This document shows, in pieces, positions 46,706 through 57,506 of a stretch of 64,000 nt of DNA (the stretch's first letter is position 1; the number at the start of each line of letters is the position of its first letter). Below the pieces are notes generated by a model. That model had not been told where the DNA came from and did not search any database. It saw nothing but the letters and a program-made list of their open reading frames with translations. The DNA is from a virus: IMG/VR virus record IMGVR_UViG_3300007987_000009. One strand, 5' to 3'. A program made the translations under genes and the position numbers.

Positions 46706-48784
46706 ATGAACAAGCTACAAATTTCTCTTAAGAAGAGAAACGCAGTTGTGTTGAACAGCACCGAACAGTCTGACGACCTGTCCAAGGTTATGACACTACA
46801 GGCCAATGTAATCACACTGGGTTTTGTTCTGTCGGAGCCCTTGGCAAAAACTTTGGCGGCATTGGATAGCGACGCTACTTACAACCAGCTTGTTCAAGAA
46901 CTTCGTTCTTTGAAGGGGGCAGACGTACAGTATCGCCCAATGTACCCAAATTTCCCACAACAGGTTATGGAAGCTAGTGATCTTGAGTTGTACATAAACG
47001 CTATTGTGCATTACTGGAGCTTAGGAACATGGTCTCAAGAATATGAAGTTCTTCCGAGAGAGTTTGCCGCCGAAAACAACAAGCTGATCGAAATAGGATT
47101 GATCGACGAAAAGGAATTCGCAAGCATCTTCACAGAAATCTTGTCTTCTAATGATTCTATTTTTGATTACGACAAGAATGTGGTCGAATGGTTCTTGCAG
47201 AATTATGAAAACATCCGGTATCCAGACACCATTCCGTATAAGGAAAATGTGGCTCTTATCGGAGCGTACATGGTTCGTAATGGAATGGAGTTGGATAGAT
47301 TGACCAAGACCACTACAGACGTTCTAAGAGTAGCTGTGAGGCTTTCCGACGGTGATGTGTCTCTCGGGACCAACACCAAGTTCAAGAGCCTACCGCGAAG
47401 TCAGAGGCGCGTTCTGGTAAATGCTCTGGATCGTGTGACTGAGCGTTTGGGTGATCGTCAGGTGGCCGAAGATATTTATCGTTACGGTGGAATGTGGAAG
47501 CGGTTGGCACACTCGTTGCACGTTGGGGATTTTTCCAATAAGGCATGGGATACCATGAACGGTTTGAGAGAAGGTAAGAAAGCCAATCATTTCTACTCCG
47601 ATTTGGAACAATTTTTGGCTAGTGGCCACTACGCAAAAGCCACCAAGTTGTTGCTAGAACGTCCGGGTGAAATGGCTCGTAGACTTGATCTTTTGTTGAG
47701 GCGCGTAGATAGCAAAAACAAACAGACTCGGATTTTGACTGCATTCTTGGGAGTGGCAGATAAAGTTTCGACTAGGGTTTTGTTTCAGGTTCGAGGTCAC
47801 TTCAACACTAGAAAACACGGTTCTGACTTCCGAATCGTTCTTCCTAAAGGAAACATTAAGGCTGGAAAAAAGATTGCAGGACAAACTGCCTTGGACAGCA
47901 CCATAGTTGATAAGTTGATTGCTGGTATAGATTCCGTATTGGTTGAAAAATTTTCCAGTATGGATTCTTTGGGCAAAGTATATATTTCTCCGGAAATGAT
48001 GAATTGTCCGTTGCCATCACAACAAAGAGAATCCAGCGACGGTCTACGACAACTGGCAAGAGGAACTCGTGTCAAGGTCAACGAAGATCAGTCTACCGTT
48101 AGATTCTTTGTATATTGGGTTGGTAGAGATATCGATTTGAGTGCGGCTTTCTTGGATGAAAATTTCGAAAGTGTAGGACACGTTTCTTACACTAATTTGA
48201 GAGACTCGGGGCTGGCCGCGTATCACTCTGGGGACATCGTCAGTGCTTTCCGTGGTGCAAGTGAGTTTATCGATATCAATATTGATAAAGCCAAAGAGAG
48301 CAATACTAGAGCACGATATGTTTCGATGAACGTTTACGTTTATAGTGGACCGAGTTTCAAAGAACATTCAACTTGTCATGTCGGTTGGATGTCCAGAAGC
48401 AAGCCTAAGAGTAACGAAATCTATGATCCGAAGACCGTAGAAAACAAAATAGACCTAAATTGGAACACAAAAAATTGTATTCCTCTTCTGATCGACTTGG
48501 AAACCAGAGAAGTTGTTTGGATTGATCTACCCTATCAAGGAAATAATTACGGTTGTTGGGGTGGAAATAACATCGAAAACAACATGGCTTCTACTGCTGA
48601 AATCATGGAAATGAGTGCTTCTATGGTAGAAAAGAAAACTACCCTTTGGGATGTTTTCATGATCCATGCAGAAGCGAGGGGCGAACTTGTAGAGTCCCGA
48701 GAAGACGCAGACACTGTGTTTGATTGGGATGGTAATGTTACTCCATATGATGTTTCTAGGATTGATGCAGAGTTTCTAATGTAA
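46706..48784 (+). CDS. Large helical protein with C-terminal TerD-like domain (candidate Ro/TROVE-like RNP protein)
   Basis: PMYPNFPQQV, TTTDVLR, RPGEMARRLD; TerD-like DIDLSA..HSGDI..ASEFIDI. Confidence 0.7.
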   Translation: MNKLQISLKKRNAVVLNSTEQSDDLSKVMTLQANVITLGFVLSEPLAKTLAALDSDATYNQLVQELRSLKGADVQYRPMYPNFPQQVMEASDLELYINAIVHYWSLGTWSQEYEVLPREFAAENNKLIEIGLIDEKEFASIFTEILSSNDSIFDYDKNVVEWFLQNYENIRYPDTIPYKENVALIGAYMVRNGMELDRLTKTTTDVLRVAVRLSDGDVSLGTNTKFKSLPRSQRRVLVNALDRVTERLGDRQVAEDIYRYGGMWKRLAHSLHVGDFSNKAWDTMNGLREGKKANHFYSDLEQFLASGHYAKATKLLLERPGEMARRLDLLLRRVDSKNKQTRILTAFLGVADKVSTRVLFQVRGHFNTRKHGSDFRIVLPKGNIKAGKKIAGQTALDSTIVDKLIAGIDSVLVEKFSSMDSLGKVYISPEMMNCPLPSQQRESSDGLRQLARGTRVKVNEDQSTVRFFVYWVGRDIDLSAAFLDENFESVGHVSYTNLRDSGLAAYHSGDIVSAFRGASEFIDINIDKAKESNTRARYVSMNVYVYSGPSFKEHSTCHVGWMSRSKPKSNEIYDPKTVENKIDLNWNTKNCIPLLIDLETREVVWIDLPYQGNNYGCWGGNNIENNMASTAEIMEMSASMVEKKTTLWDVFMIHAEARGELVESREDADTVFDWDGNVTPYDVSRIDAEFLM

Positions 48785-48789
48785 AAAAT

Positions 48790-48812
48790 AGCGGGGACCT
48801 TCCCCGCTTTTC
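48790..48812 (+). terminator. Intrinsic terminator
   Basis: AGCGGGGA-CCT-TCCCCGCT-TTT. Confidence 0.75.
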
Positions 48813-48834
48813 TTATTGACAAAAGAGAAAAAAT

Positions 48835-49122
48835 ATGGAACAATGTCAATCTTGTGGAAGAATGCTACCTCTCACGGAGCATCATTTGATCCCAAAAGAA
48901 ATGCATAATAAGAAATGGTGTAGAAAAATGTTCACCATCAGGGAAATGAATACATGCGCGGTCTTAGTTTGTCACGATTGTCATGCGGCTTTTCACAAAT
49001 TCGTGTCGAATAAAGATTTGGCCAAAAGCTATTACACACTTGAGAAGCTATTGGAGCATTCCCAAGTAAAAAAATTTATAGAATGGGTATCAAAAAATGA
49101 CAACAGAAAATTCAAATACTAG
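48835..49122 (+). CDS. Small HNH-like protein
   Basis: CQSCGR..LTEHHLIP..VCHDCHAAFH. Confidence 0.75.
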   Translation: MEQCQSCGRMLPLTEHHLIPKEMHNKKWCRKMFTIREMNTCAVLVCHDCHAAFHKFVSNKDLAKSYYTLEKLLEHSQVKKFIEWVSKNDNRKFKY

Positions 49123-49564
49123 ACCAGAATACTACGGTTATTTCGTGAGCCATGTGTATATTTCTCAAATTCAACATGGCATTCAGGCAGCGCATGTTAT
49201 TCAAGCGATGTATGAAAAATATGCCAATTCAAGAAGTCGAGCATCAAATATTTTTAAAAATTGGATGATGGAAGATAAAACCATGATTGTTTTGAATGGT
49301 GGGAACAGTGCGATGATTAAAGATGCGATGAAAAGAGCCTTAATCATCGATAGAGATGGACTATATCCAATGGCCTGTTTCTGCGAAGATAGCCAGTCTA
49401 TGGAAGGGATGATGACTGGTTGGGGTATTGTATTACCTAAAGTAGATAGAAATGAATGGGAATACAATATCCATTGCGGAGCGTATCTTGACAGTAAGGG
49501 GTATTCGGCAGATGTAGGGACTGCTCTCTATCTTGAAGTATTGTCAAACTTGAAATTAGCTTGA
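49097..49564 (+). CDS. Pth2-like phage protein
   Basis: IQHGIQAAHV, KTMIVLNGG, FCED..MTGWGIVLP. Confidence 0.55.
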   Translation: MTTENSNTRPEYYGYFVSHVYISQIQHGIQAAHVIQAMYEKYANSRSRASNIFKNWMMEDKTMIVLNGGNSAMIKDAMKRALIIDRDGLYPMACFCEDSQSMEGMMTGWGIVLPKVDRNEWEYNIHCGAYLDSKGYSADVGTALYLEVLSNLKLA

Positions 49565-49577
49565 ATGGAGTAATATA

Positions 49578-49955
49578 TGAAAAAGTTATACGAAATTTTG
49601 GTACCGACAAAGAGAAATGACGGAAGACCCATCAGTGCCAGATTCCACAGAGTTTGGGACAACAAAAACTATGACCATTAGTAATGGTATAACCATTTTA
49701 ACTCCAGAAAAGGGTAAATGGGTTTCTCAGGAAAACAAATTGTTTTTAGAAAGAATGATACCTGTAAGAATCGGGTGTGACGAATCTGAAATAGAAGGAA
49801 TTATTGACATGACAATGGATTATTACGAACAGGAAGCTGTTATGGCTTATGTGTTAAGCGAAAATGTTATAATCAAAAATAGGAAAAAGTCGTTGAAGAA
49901 AATTTCTAATCCTACTTCGGAACACCTACTGGTTAAAGCTCTTGGTAGTAGTTAA
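49578..49955 (+). pseudogene. Frameshifted conserved phage gene
   Basis: MKKLYEILVPTKRNDGRP..RFHRVWD continues out of frame as TISNGITILTPEKGKW..ERMIPVRI. Confidence 0.5.
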
Positions 49956-50259
49956 TGATCTTACGCATCTCTTCTAGGGATGCGTTTGATTTTAGTTGAT
50001 TTACCCGGTATGATACAATGACCAAGTTGTCTCTAGTATAACCTTTGGTCGAATCAACCCTATCAAAGGAAATCGAGTCCGGTTTAGGTTTCCCCTTGTT
50101 GAACTTCAACGGGATACCTAAAACAGGGCAAGATATTGGAATACCGATATCATCAATATCGGAAGTTGTAAGGTTGAAAGGAATATTGCGCTTTTTTGCA
50201 CTGGCCTTTAATGCATTGAGAAGTTGTTTTGTTTCTTTGGCTGTGATATTTGTACTCAT
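49933..50259 (-). CDS. Endonuclease-like (HNH/EndoVII-type) protein
   Basis: AKKRNIPFNLT, CPVLGIPL, SFDRVDSTKGY..N..IVSYRVN..K. Confidence 0.7.
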   Translation of the reverse strand: MSTNITAKETKQLLNALKASAKKRNIPFNLTTSDIDDIGIPISCPVLGIPLKFNKGKPKPDSISFDRVDSTKGYTRDNLVIVSYRVNQLKSNASLEEMRKIINYYQEL

Positions 50260-50318
50260 GCAATAATTTATCAAGAAAAGATTGACATGAAAAACAATTT
50301 GGAATATACTAAGAACTT

Positions 50319-51002
50319 ATGACAACTTTCAGAAAAAAACTACCAATAGAAGTAGATCATAAATTCATGTGCTATATCGCGCACCGGTTTTCCAGAGAGG
50401 AAAGACTGTTTATTGTTCCAGAGAAGTATCCGGGGGCAAATAAAATTGCTGAGAAAGAAACATATTGGTTGTCCGAGAAATATGCAATCATTAATGACAG
50501 CTTTATCGCATATCAATCTGATTACATCTCTAGGGATGATTTTGATTGGAAACCTGCTGACACAATGGTAAAATCACAGGCTCGATATGGGTTTGAATGT
50601 TGCAAAATAGAAAATAAAAAGTTGAAAGCTGTCACAAAGTCAGAATTACTCAAATCGGGTGTTGCATCAGAGGCTTTTCCCAGTCAAGATGACGAGGGTA
50701 TACCAAAAGAGTTTGCGTCTCGTCCGAAAGAGTTCTGGAGATTCAGGAAACGTTGGGAAAGTTTATTTGAAGATTTTCAAGAATGGGACGACAAGACTGA
50801 AGTTCTTATCTTTCATTTTCAGGTGCATCGATTTAAACCAGAATTGCCAATCTACAATTGGCACGTTCAAGAACGCTTGAACTATCAGACGAGGGAACAA
50901 GAATTTAAAATTCGTATGGCCGAAGAATCAGAAAAAGGCGCGGAAGATGAGAAAAATGGCCGGAAAAAGAAGAAAACTGCAAGAAAAACGCGGAAAAAGT
51001 AA
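50319..51002 (+). CDS. Hypothetical protein
   Basis: Long ORF after TTGACA promoter. Confidence 0.55.
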   Translation: MTTFRKKLPIEVDHKFMCYIAHRFSREERLFIVPEKYPGANKIAEKETYWLSEKYAIINDSFIAYQSDYISRDDFDWKPADTMVKSQARYGFECCKIENKKLKAVTKSELLKSGVASEAFPSQDDEGIPKEFASRPKEFWRFRKRWESLFEDFQEWDDKTEVLIFHFQVHRFKPELPIYNWHVQERLNYQTREQEFKIRMAEESEKGAEDEKNGRKKKKTARKTRKK

Positions 51003-51094
51003 ATAACAGAACAAATACGGAATTAAGCATGATTTACAAAATATTAAAAGGAGAACATCATGATCATTAGGTGACTTAACACAAGGAGATCATC

Positions 51095-51418
51095 ATGTCT
51101 AATACTTACAAAGATAAACTCAAATATAACATTAAAAAATATTACGAAGACAGGAGGCATAATTTTTGGGAGAGTGAGCAACCTAAACCTCCCAATTACG
51201 AATTACAGCACAAACTCGGATTGACTAATGATATTATTGAAATTTGCAAAAACAAATTTGCAAAGGGTCCAAATCGTTTTCATCACGATTATACTTGCAT
51301 ACCCAACCGAAGAAAAGTCAAGAGGGCGCTGGACAAAGTTAAGCATCTTGCAGATTATGAAGATTGGGACCCGTCAGAGATTCCCGTTGACGGAAAGCCG
51401 CAAGAATGGTATCTTTGA
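51095..51418 (+). CDS. Hypothetical protein
   Basis: AGGAG RBS. Confidence 0.55.
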   Translation: MSNTYKDKLKYNIKKYYEDRRHNFWESEQPKPPNYELQHKLGLTNDIIEICKNKFAKGPNRFHHDYTCIPNRRKVKRALDKVKHLADYEDWDPSEIPVDGKPQEWYL

Positions 51419-51434
51419 TTATAAATAGAAATAT

Positions 51435-51509
51435 GGCGGAATGGCCGAGTGGTTTAGGTGCTAGTCTGCAAAACTAGTTAGACGGGTTCGATTCCCGTTT
51501 CCGCCTCCA
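51435..51509 (+). tRNA. tRNA-Cys(GCA)
   Basis: Cloverleaf; loop CTGCAAA; TCCA. Confidence 0.92.
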
Positions 51510-51516
51510 AATACAG

Positions 51517-51592
51517 GCCGATGTAGCTCAGTTGGTAGAGCGCATTCTTGGTAAGAATGAGGTCGCAGGTTCGATCCCTGCCCTCGGCACCA
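51517..51592 (+). tRNA. tRNA-Thr(GGT)
   Basis: Cloverleaf; loop TTGGTAA; CCA. Confidence 0.92.
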
Positions 51593-51598
51593 AATTAC

Positions 51599-51689
51599 GC
51601 GGTTGTGGTGGAATTGGTAGACACGCATGAATGAGAGTCATGTGGGCATCAGTAAGCCCGTGGGGGTTCGAGTCCCCCCTCCCGCACCA
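51599..51689 (+). tRNA. tRNA-Leu(GAG)
   Basis: Loop ATGAGAG; V-arm; ACCA. Confidence 0.88.
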
Positions 51690-51809
51690 ATTTTGGGGTA
51701 TTGATATTTGGGTTTTGTAGGATTTTTGCAAACGTGTTTGTATAACAAAAAATTCACTTTAGCATTATTGTTATACATGCTATAATGCAAAGACTATTGG
51801 GAAATTAAA

Positions 51810-52583
51810 ATGACAAAATATAAAACCGTCTGGATATCTGATACCCACCTAGGAAATCCAAATTGTCAGCATGAAAAGCTGTATGCTTTTCTTAAAAGCT
51901 TAGAAAATAGCAAAGGCAATTATGACATAGAAAAACTCTATTTGGTTGGTGACATTATCGACATGACACAAATAAATCATAAAATTTTGTGGTCCAAACA
52001 TAGAAAGGTCATAAAAAAGATTTTTAGAATGGCCGACCATGGTGTAGAAGTCATCTACATCCCCGGAAATCATGATTATTATGTCAGAACTGAGTTTCTG
52101 AAAGATAACCCGGATGGTGTAGATTTTAAAAACATTAAGATAAAAAGAAACGATATACATTACACCAAAAAAGGAGAAAAGGTTTTCATCTTACATGGGG
52201 ACGAGTTCGATGGTGTCATTAGAATGTATCCAATTTTGTATAAAGTTGGGGATTTGAGTTACAAGATGATTATCTTCTTGAACAGGCTTCAGAACCGATT
52301 CAGAGGGGTTTTGGGTATCCCAGAATGGAGTATGGCACAGTGGATCAAACAGAAGGCTAAGAGAGCTATACAGTTTATAAACCGATACGAAGAGTTGGTT
52401 GTGAAAGCTGCCATAGAAAAAGGCGTAGATGCTGTTATATGCGGTCATATTCATAATGCTGCTAATACATTAATCGAAGATGACGGAAATACAATAAGAT
52501 ATTTAAATTGTGGATGCTGGGTAGAGTTTTGTTCTTTTGTGTATGAAGATAAAAACGGGACGTTGGTAATGAAGTACATATAA
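51810..52583 (+). CDS. LpxH-like metallophosphoesterase (UDP-2,3-diacylglucosamine hydrolase family)
   Basis: WISDTHLG, LVGDIID, PGNHD, HGDEFD, CGHIH, NCGCWVE. Confidence 0.8.
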   Translation: MTKYKTVWISDTHLGNPNCQHEKLYAFLKSLENSKGNYDIEKLYLVGDIIDMTQINHKILWSKHRKVIKKIFRMADHGVEVIYIPGNHDYYVRTEFLKDNPDGVDFKNIKIKRNDIHYTKKGEKVFILHGDEFDGVIRMYPILYKVGDLSYKMIIFLNRLQNRFRGVLGIPEWSMAQWIKQKAKRAIQFINRYEELVVKAAIEKGVDAVICGHIHNAANTLIEDDGNTIRYLNCGCWVEFCSFVYEDKNGTLVMKYI

Positions 52584-52612
52584 AAAAGGCTGGCCATTGG
52601 CCAGCCTTTTTT
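52582..52612. terminator. Bidirectional intrinsic terminator
   Basis: AAAAAGGCTGGCC-ATT-GGCCAGCCTTTTTT. Confidence 0.88.
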
Positions 52613-52627
52613 GGTTATTGTTCCTGT

Positions 52628-53648
52628 TTATACGGCTCCACTTCCAAATCCAGCGTTCGTTACTCCTCCTAGCGAAGAAGACGTAAAAAGTGCAGAAGAA
52701 GAATCAATCGTAGCGGTTCCGATCTGCGCGCCCCTCTGAACCAAAGATCCTCTGAAAGCGTTTACTGTGTTTTTCCCAACCGACGCCGTAATAAACGCAT
52801 TTACACCAACAATAACGGTAGATGCATCGTAACAAACAATTTCGTCACTTAACGAGCTTTCCATGGTGACGGCACCACCCCCTCTACTGAGACCAGCTTT
52901 AAATGTTGATCCAGCTAACACCGCGACGTTCGCTCCGACTCCACCATTGTCTGAAACATCTGCTAAGCCACTGTCTAAGCCACTACCGGCGTTGCGCATA
53001 TAAACCGCATCCAGTAGGGTCAAAGTCGATCCAGCCGCAATTAGTGTGTTGTTTTTGGGAAAGTTTGAAAACCCGGCATTGCCGCTATTACTAGCTAAAT
53101 ATCCGATATTCACATGGCCGTTATATGCAAACAATCCAGTAAATCTAGAATCTACAGAACTGGGGTCAGGTACGGAAGTAAAATTCACTAAAATTCTAGG
53201 AGCTATTGCGTTATTAACTATCATGTAAGGTCTACAAATGTAATCACTAGCAGCAATGATCTCGTCAACGTCCGGGAAAGACTGGTAATATTGCATCAAT
53301 GCCGTTTCGTTGACATCCACAACCGCATTAGAAAAACCGGTGGTGAGAGGTCGGATTGTCATATTGGAAAAATCTCCATGGGAGATAAGAACAACGCTAT
53401 CTTCAGTATGATTTTCCGCGTCTACAAGTATGTCCACTTCGTCTTTGTAATAACGTAATGCCGAAATAGCCTCGTTAATAGAAGCATAGTCCCCCCGTTG
53501 GACCCACCACCACTTCCAATTTCCCAGACACAGAATTTCTGATTTCTTCGGGCAATTCTAACCTTTCTTTAATTGCCTGAGCATCTTCTAATGCTGATCT
53601 TCTTTGTGGTCTTCGCCCTTCTTCATATATGTAAACAAATTCTGCCAT
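52628..53648 (-). CDS. Tail-fibre/beta-helix-like protein split by a frameshift in a G6 run (53491-53496)
   Basis: MAEFVYIYEEGRRPQRR..VVVGPTG continues in the +1 frame as DYASINEAISAL into the 269-aa ORF; related to 10059..11035. Confidence 0.65.
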
Positions 53649-53722
53649 TTTTATTTCCTTGTTGTATTGAGTTCACTCTAATATTTATTATAAATAAGCA
53701 GCCGAATAAACAAAAAAGCAAC

Positions 53723-54226
53723 ATGCAACTACTAATAATATTTTGTATTTTATCATTGGTACTACTTATCATCGGAAGACTTACAATTTTTCCTGTATTC
53801 AAATGGAAAAACTTTAGTTCTAAATCAAGATATTCCGGAAAAAATACTATGTTTTGGGTTCTTGTAGATCCAAAAGGAGCAACACCTTTGGCGGTAGTGG
53901 CACGAGAATTAGCAGAAGCAGAATCCAAATGGAAAATCAAAAACATGTTACTTCGATTTACAAAAGAAAGAAAAAGAACGGCAGAAGCATTTAGAAGAGA
54001 GGTCGAATCACATGTTGCCATTTACTTTTATGATCCGTTTAAATCAATAGAAGAAATTAGGATCGACCAAGCCATGATTATGATAGAATACTATCCCGCC
54101 TTCAAAGGAATGAAGATAGATGAAGTTGTACAATTGATGAGAAATCAAGAAAGTTCGGCAGTACGGTGGTTTAACGAAAACAAAGAAAAACTAAAATCGT
54201 TAGAGAGAGTTAGACCAATTCTTTAA
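53723..54226 (+). CDS. Membrane-anchored hypothetical late protein
   Basis: N-terminal TM helix; TATAAATA upstream. Confidence 0.55.
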   Translation: MQLLIIFCILSLVLLIIGRLTIFPVFKWKNFSSKSRYSGKNTMFWVLVDPKGATPLAVVARELAEAESKWKIKNMLLRFTKERKRTAEAFRREVESHVAIYFYDPFKSIEEIRIDQAMIMIEYYPAFKGMKIDEVVQLMRNQESSAVRWFNENKEKLKSLERVRPIL

Positions 54227-54462
54227 AAACGGTTATGGTGGTCAGTATAACCACTTTTTTCATCCTCTTCCCGTCGCATAACATAATCTTTAAATACTCT
54301 AAGATCATTCAAGCCGAATATCTGGCGAACCCTATTGAGTATAAAATCTGGTGACTCAGACGGCAGTTTTTGTGAAAGCATACGTTTGTAATATTCGTAT
54401 GCCTTCACAAATGTATCGCTGACTTCCATAACAATCTCTATTCTCATCACTTCTCATCCATA

Positions 54463-56945
54463 TTAATCAACAACGGTCCATCCTTTGCTTGTTGCGATGG
54501 TAGGATCATACCCCGCTTCTAATATTCCCGGATTCCCGGTCACCGTAACAGTTTGTGGATTGGATGTGACATCCGCTAAACCAGTGAACAGGGCGTTAAG
54601 TGCTTCTGCATTCAATTTGTTATTTGCAATGCTGAAACCAAGATACATGTTTTCTAACACTACAGATTCGATATTTCCAGTGTTGTTGAACATTTCTAAA
54701 GTTTGTTCGAATGCCTCATCTTGAAGAACGTAGAGGGGGCTTATGGTTCTCAAAGAAGTACATCCCTCAAAAGTTTCCCGAAAGTATGGTCCAACCATTG
54801 CCTTGTTGTTTTTGCCTTCATTAAACGAAAAGCTTTCCAAATTTGGATACGAATTCTGAAACATTCTAAGTGGTTGAAATATGGGAATATTTGACTGTGC
54901 TCTAATGTGTTTTATGTCTTCTGGGTTATTTGTTCTAGCGCCAGAAATTAAGTGAACAGACGATACAGAATCAATATTATTCATATAAATTTTAAGAATA
55001 TAATTACCGGGAGCTTCGTAGAAATTTTTTAAAGTTCTCGCTTTAGTGGAATAATAATCTGATAGATTGCCACGATAATAAGAGGTATTTCCATCGCCCC
55101 ATTCAACATAACATCTTCTTGAATCAAGAATATTAAAAGACGGTGCAAGGAAAGATACTTCTTTTGGCTCTGTTATGTCCATATCTATTTCTACTAAAAA
55201 CTGGTAATTTTTTCGAAATCAGTCACAGGATCGTTGTTATAAAAAACTTCATATTCATTAATATCCTCATTGTCCGGGTTTTCAACTAATTTGTATATGA
55301 ATTGATTTATAAATCTTGGTGTGGCCGAATTTCTATAAGGGCCTAGTTCTTCTAGAGGTATATTGTATGGTTGTAAATTTAATGTTATTTTATTTCCAGT
55401 AAACGCCTGTTTGTGTGCAAATCTTCTGTCGTATACGGATTTAACTATATTTTTCAGGGACTGAAGAGATATGTTTTGGGCAGTAGAATAACTACCCAAA
55501 AGATTTAAATATCTGAAGGGGCCATCATTTTCAGTTTCTTTGAGTGGTGGTATATGTAACGGATATTGCGTTCCTATTCCACTAAAAAGATTAATAGCAA
55601 ATGCAGGATTTTCAAGCCCATAAGAATTGACCACACTCAAATCTGTTATGTTAGTAGCCCCTAATATAGCATTATATTGTTTTAGACCAAAGGATGTAAT
55701 TTCCTCGTCGGTAATCTCTTTAGGCAATATTTTTTTAATGTTTTCTGGTCTAAAATTATAACACTCCCCATAGGCTATGGAACTCATCAAAAAATCTCCA
55801 TTTAATTGGATATCCACAAATCCTGTAATTGATGAATATCTGAACATCCCAGAAAGATTAATTCTATCGTCTATAGTAGCAGGTGGTGTTATGTAATTAG
55901 CTGTGAAAGATAGTTTACCAATTTTATCGGTTATGGGATTTCTATTGAATATATCAAAAGAAGTAGTAGTTAATGAATCAAAATTCATATCGGGCAAAGA
56001 TGTTGCTTTTGAATTACGAAACATATTACTGGCATTGCTTATATTTGACACATCATAACTATCGGGTAATGGGCCACAGAATGTACCAAAGAAAGAAAGA
56101 CTTCCATTAATGACGTTAGAAAAATCTACTCTAGGAAATGCTCCTCTGAAACTATTGTAAAATTGATAATAACTAACATTCTCAAAAGTATCAGTCGTGG
56201 AAAATGTTACAATCTCATTCCCTTCAACATAAGTATGTGCTGGAACCCCCATAGCAGTAACAGGAGATCCATTTCCAAAATCCCATCTGATTTGGTCTCC
56301 GGTTTTAGTCCATGTTCTGGCAGTTAAATTTGAATTGATGAAAGTGACGAACACAAAATCGCAAACCTCTTTGTTTTGGCCTGATGGACCGAACGTATCA
56401 AATAGATATCCACTAGAAAGTCTATTGTACAACTCTTCAATAGCCCTTTTTCCTGATGGCTTCTCTGCGCTGTATGTTTCTATGTCTACCCAGAATTGAC
56501 GATTGGCTGTTAAAATATACTCTTCTGGCTCGGGTCCATACTGACCATTTCTGACCCAAACGTATGATTCGGGTGCAAAATCTGGGTCATATTGGAGCCT
56601 ATCGCGTTCCTCAATTGTATCGACTTCAACAGTTTTGAACCAAGAGTGCTGTTCTGGATTTCTAACCAAATAACTACGAATCATTCGATCTGACCATTCT
56701 GGAAAACATCTAGCCTTGTCTATTTTGATGGTTGTCCCCCGTTCATTTGAGGCGTATATTTCAAAAAGAGATTCCGTTGCTTGTAGTTCAGAAACAAGCA
56801 TTCTTCTTGGTCTAGTTTCGCTGGCAAATTTTGCATAGATGAAGTGATCAAGATAATCAACTAATTCATCAACATAAATTGTTGTTATTTTTCCGTTTAT
56901 ATCTGAAACTCTTGTTTTAAGTAAGTCGAATACGGTGTAGCTCAT
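54463..56945 (-). CDS. PKD/LRR-like surface or fibre protein split into two ORFs (55194..56945, 54463..55182) by a -1 frameshift near an A6 run
   Basis: WDFGNG and EWGDG PKD-like motifs; -1 frame NYQFLVEID runs directly into MDITEPK. Confidence 0.6.
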
Positions 56946-57035
56946 GGATGCAATTTGCCTGTTTTTGATAATAATATTTATTGATTTGAAAGACCGAAAT
57001 TGACTTTTCGGTATCAACTTCATATAATAAAAAGC

Positions 57036-57356
57036 ATGATCGAAAAACCAAAAGTAGTCAATATAGGACACGGTGACTCCTATGATGTGTACATTGGCCG
57101 CGCCGGAAAAGGATGCAACGGATATTTCGGAAACCCAATACGGGAAGGAACCAGAAAACAGAAATTGGACGGGTTTAGAGAATATGCTGTTACAAGAATA
57201 CAACAGGATGCCGAATTTAGACAGAAAATTAAATCCCTAGAAGGAAAAACCCTAGGGTGTTTTTGTAAGCCAAAACCGTGTCATGGGGATATCTTAGCTG
57301 AGCTTTGTGTTATCATAAACCAAGAAGATGAATTTTTTCAACAAGAGGACACTTGA
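57036..57356 (+). CDS. DUF4326-family protein
   Basis: DVYIGR..FGNP..LEGKTLGCFCKPKPCHGDIL. Confidence 0.85.
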   Translation: MIEKPKVVNIGHGDSYDVYIGRAGKGCNGYFGNPIREGTRKQKLDGFREYAVTRIQQDAEFRQKIKSLEGKTLGCFCKPKPCHGDILAELCVIINQEDEFFQQEDT

Positions 57357-57506
57357 ATGAGAAGAAAAGAACACGACGAGATTGTAACGCAGAATTATTT
57401 GACAACCCGCAAAGGAAAGTCTTTATCCAGAGGAAAAACACTTCACAAGAGAAGAAAGTCAAGACGACCCTCTTCCCACGTTTTATTAAAAAGCACCCTA
57501 CGAAAA

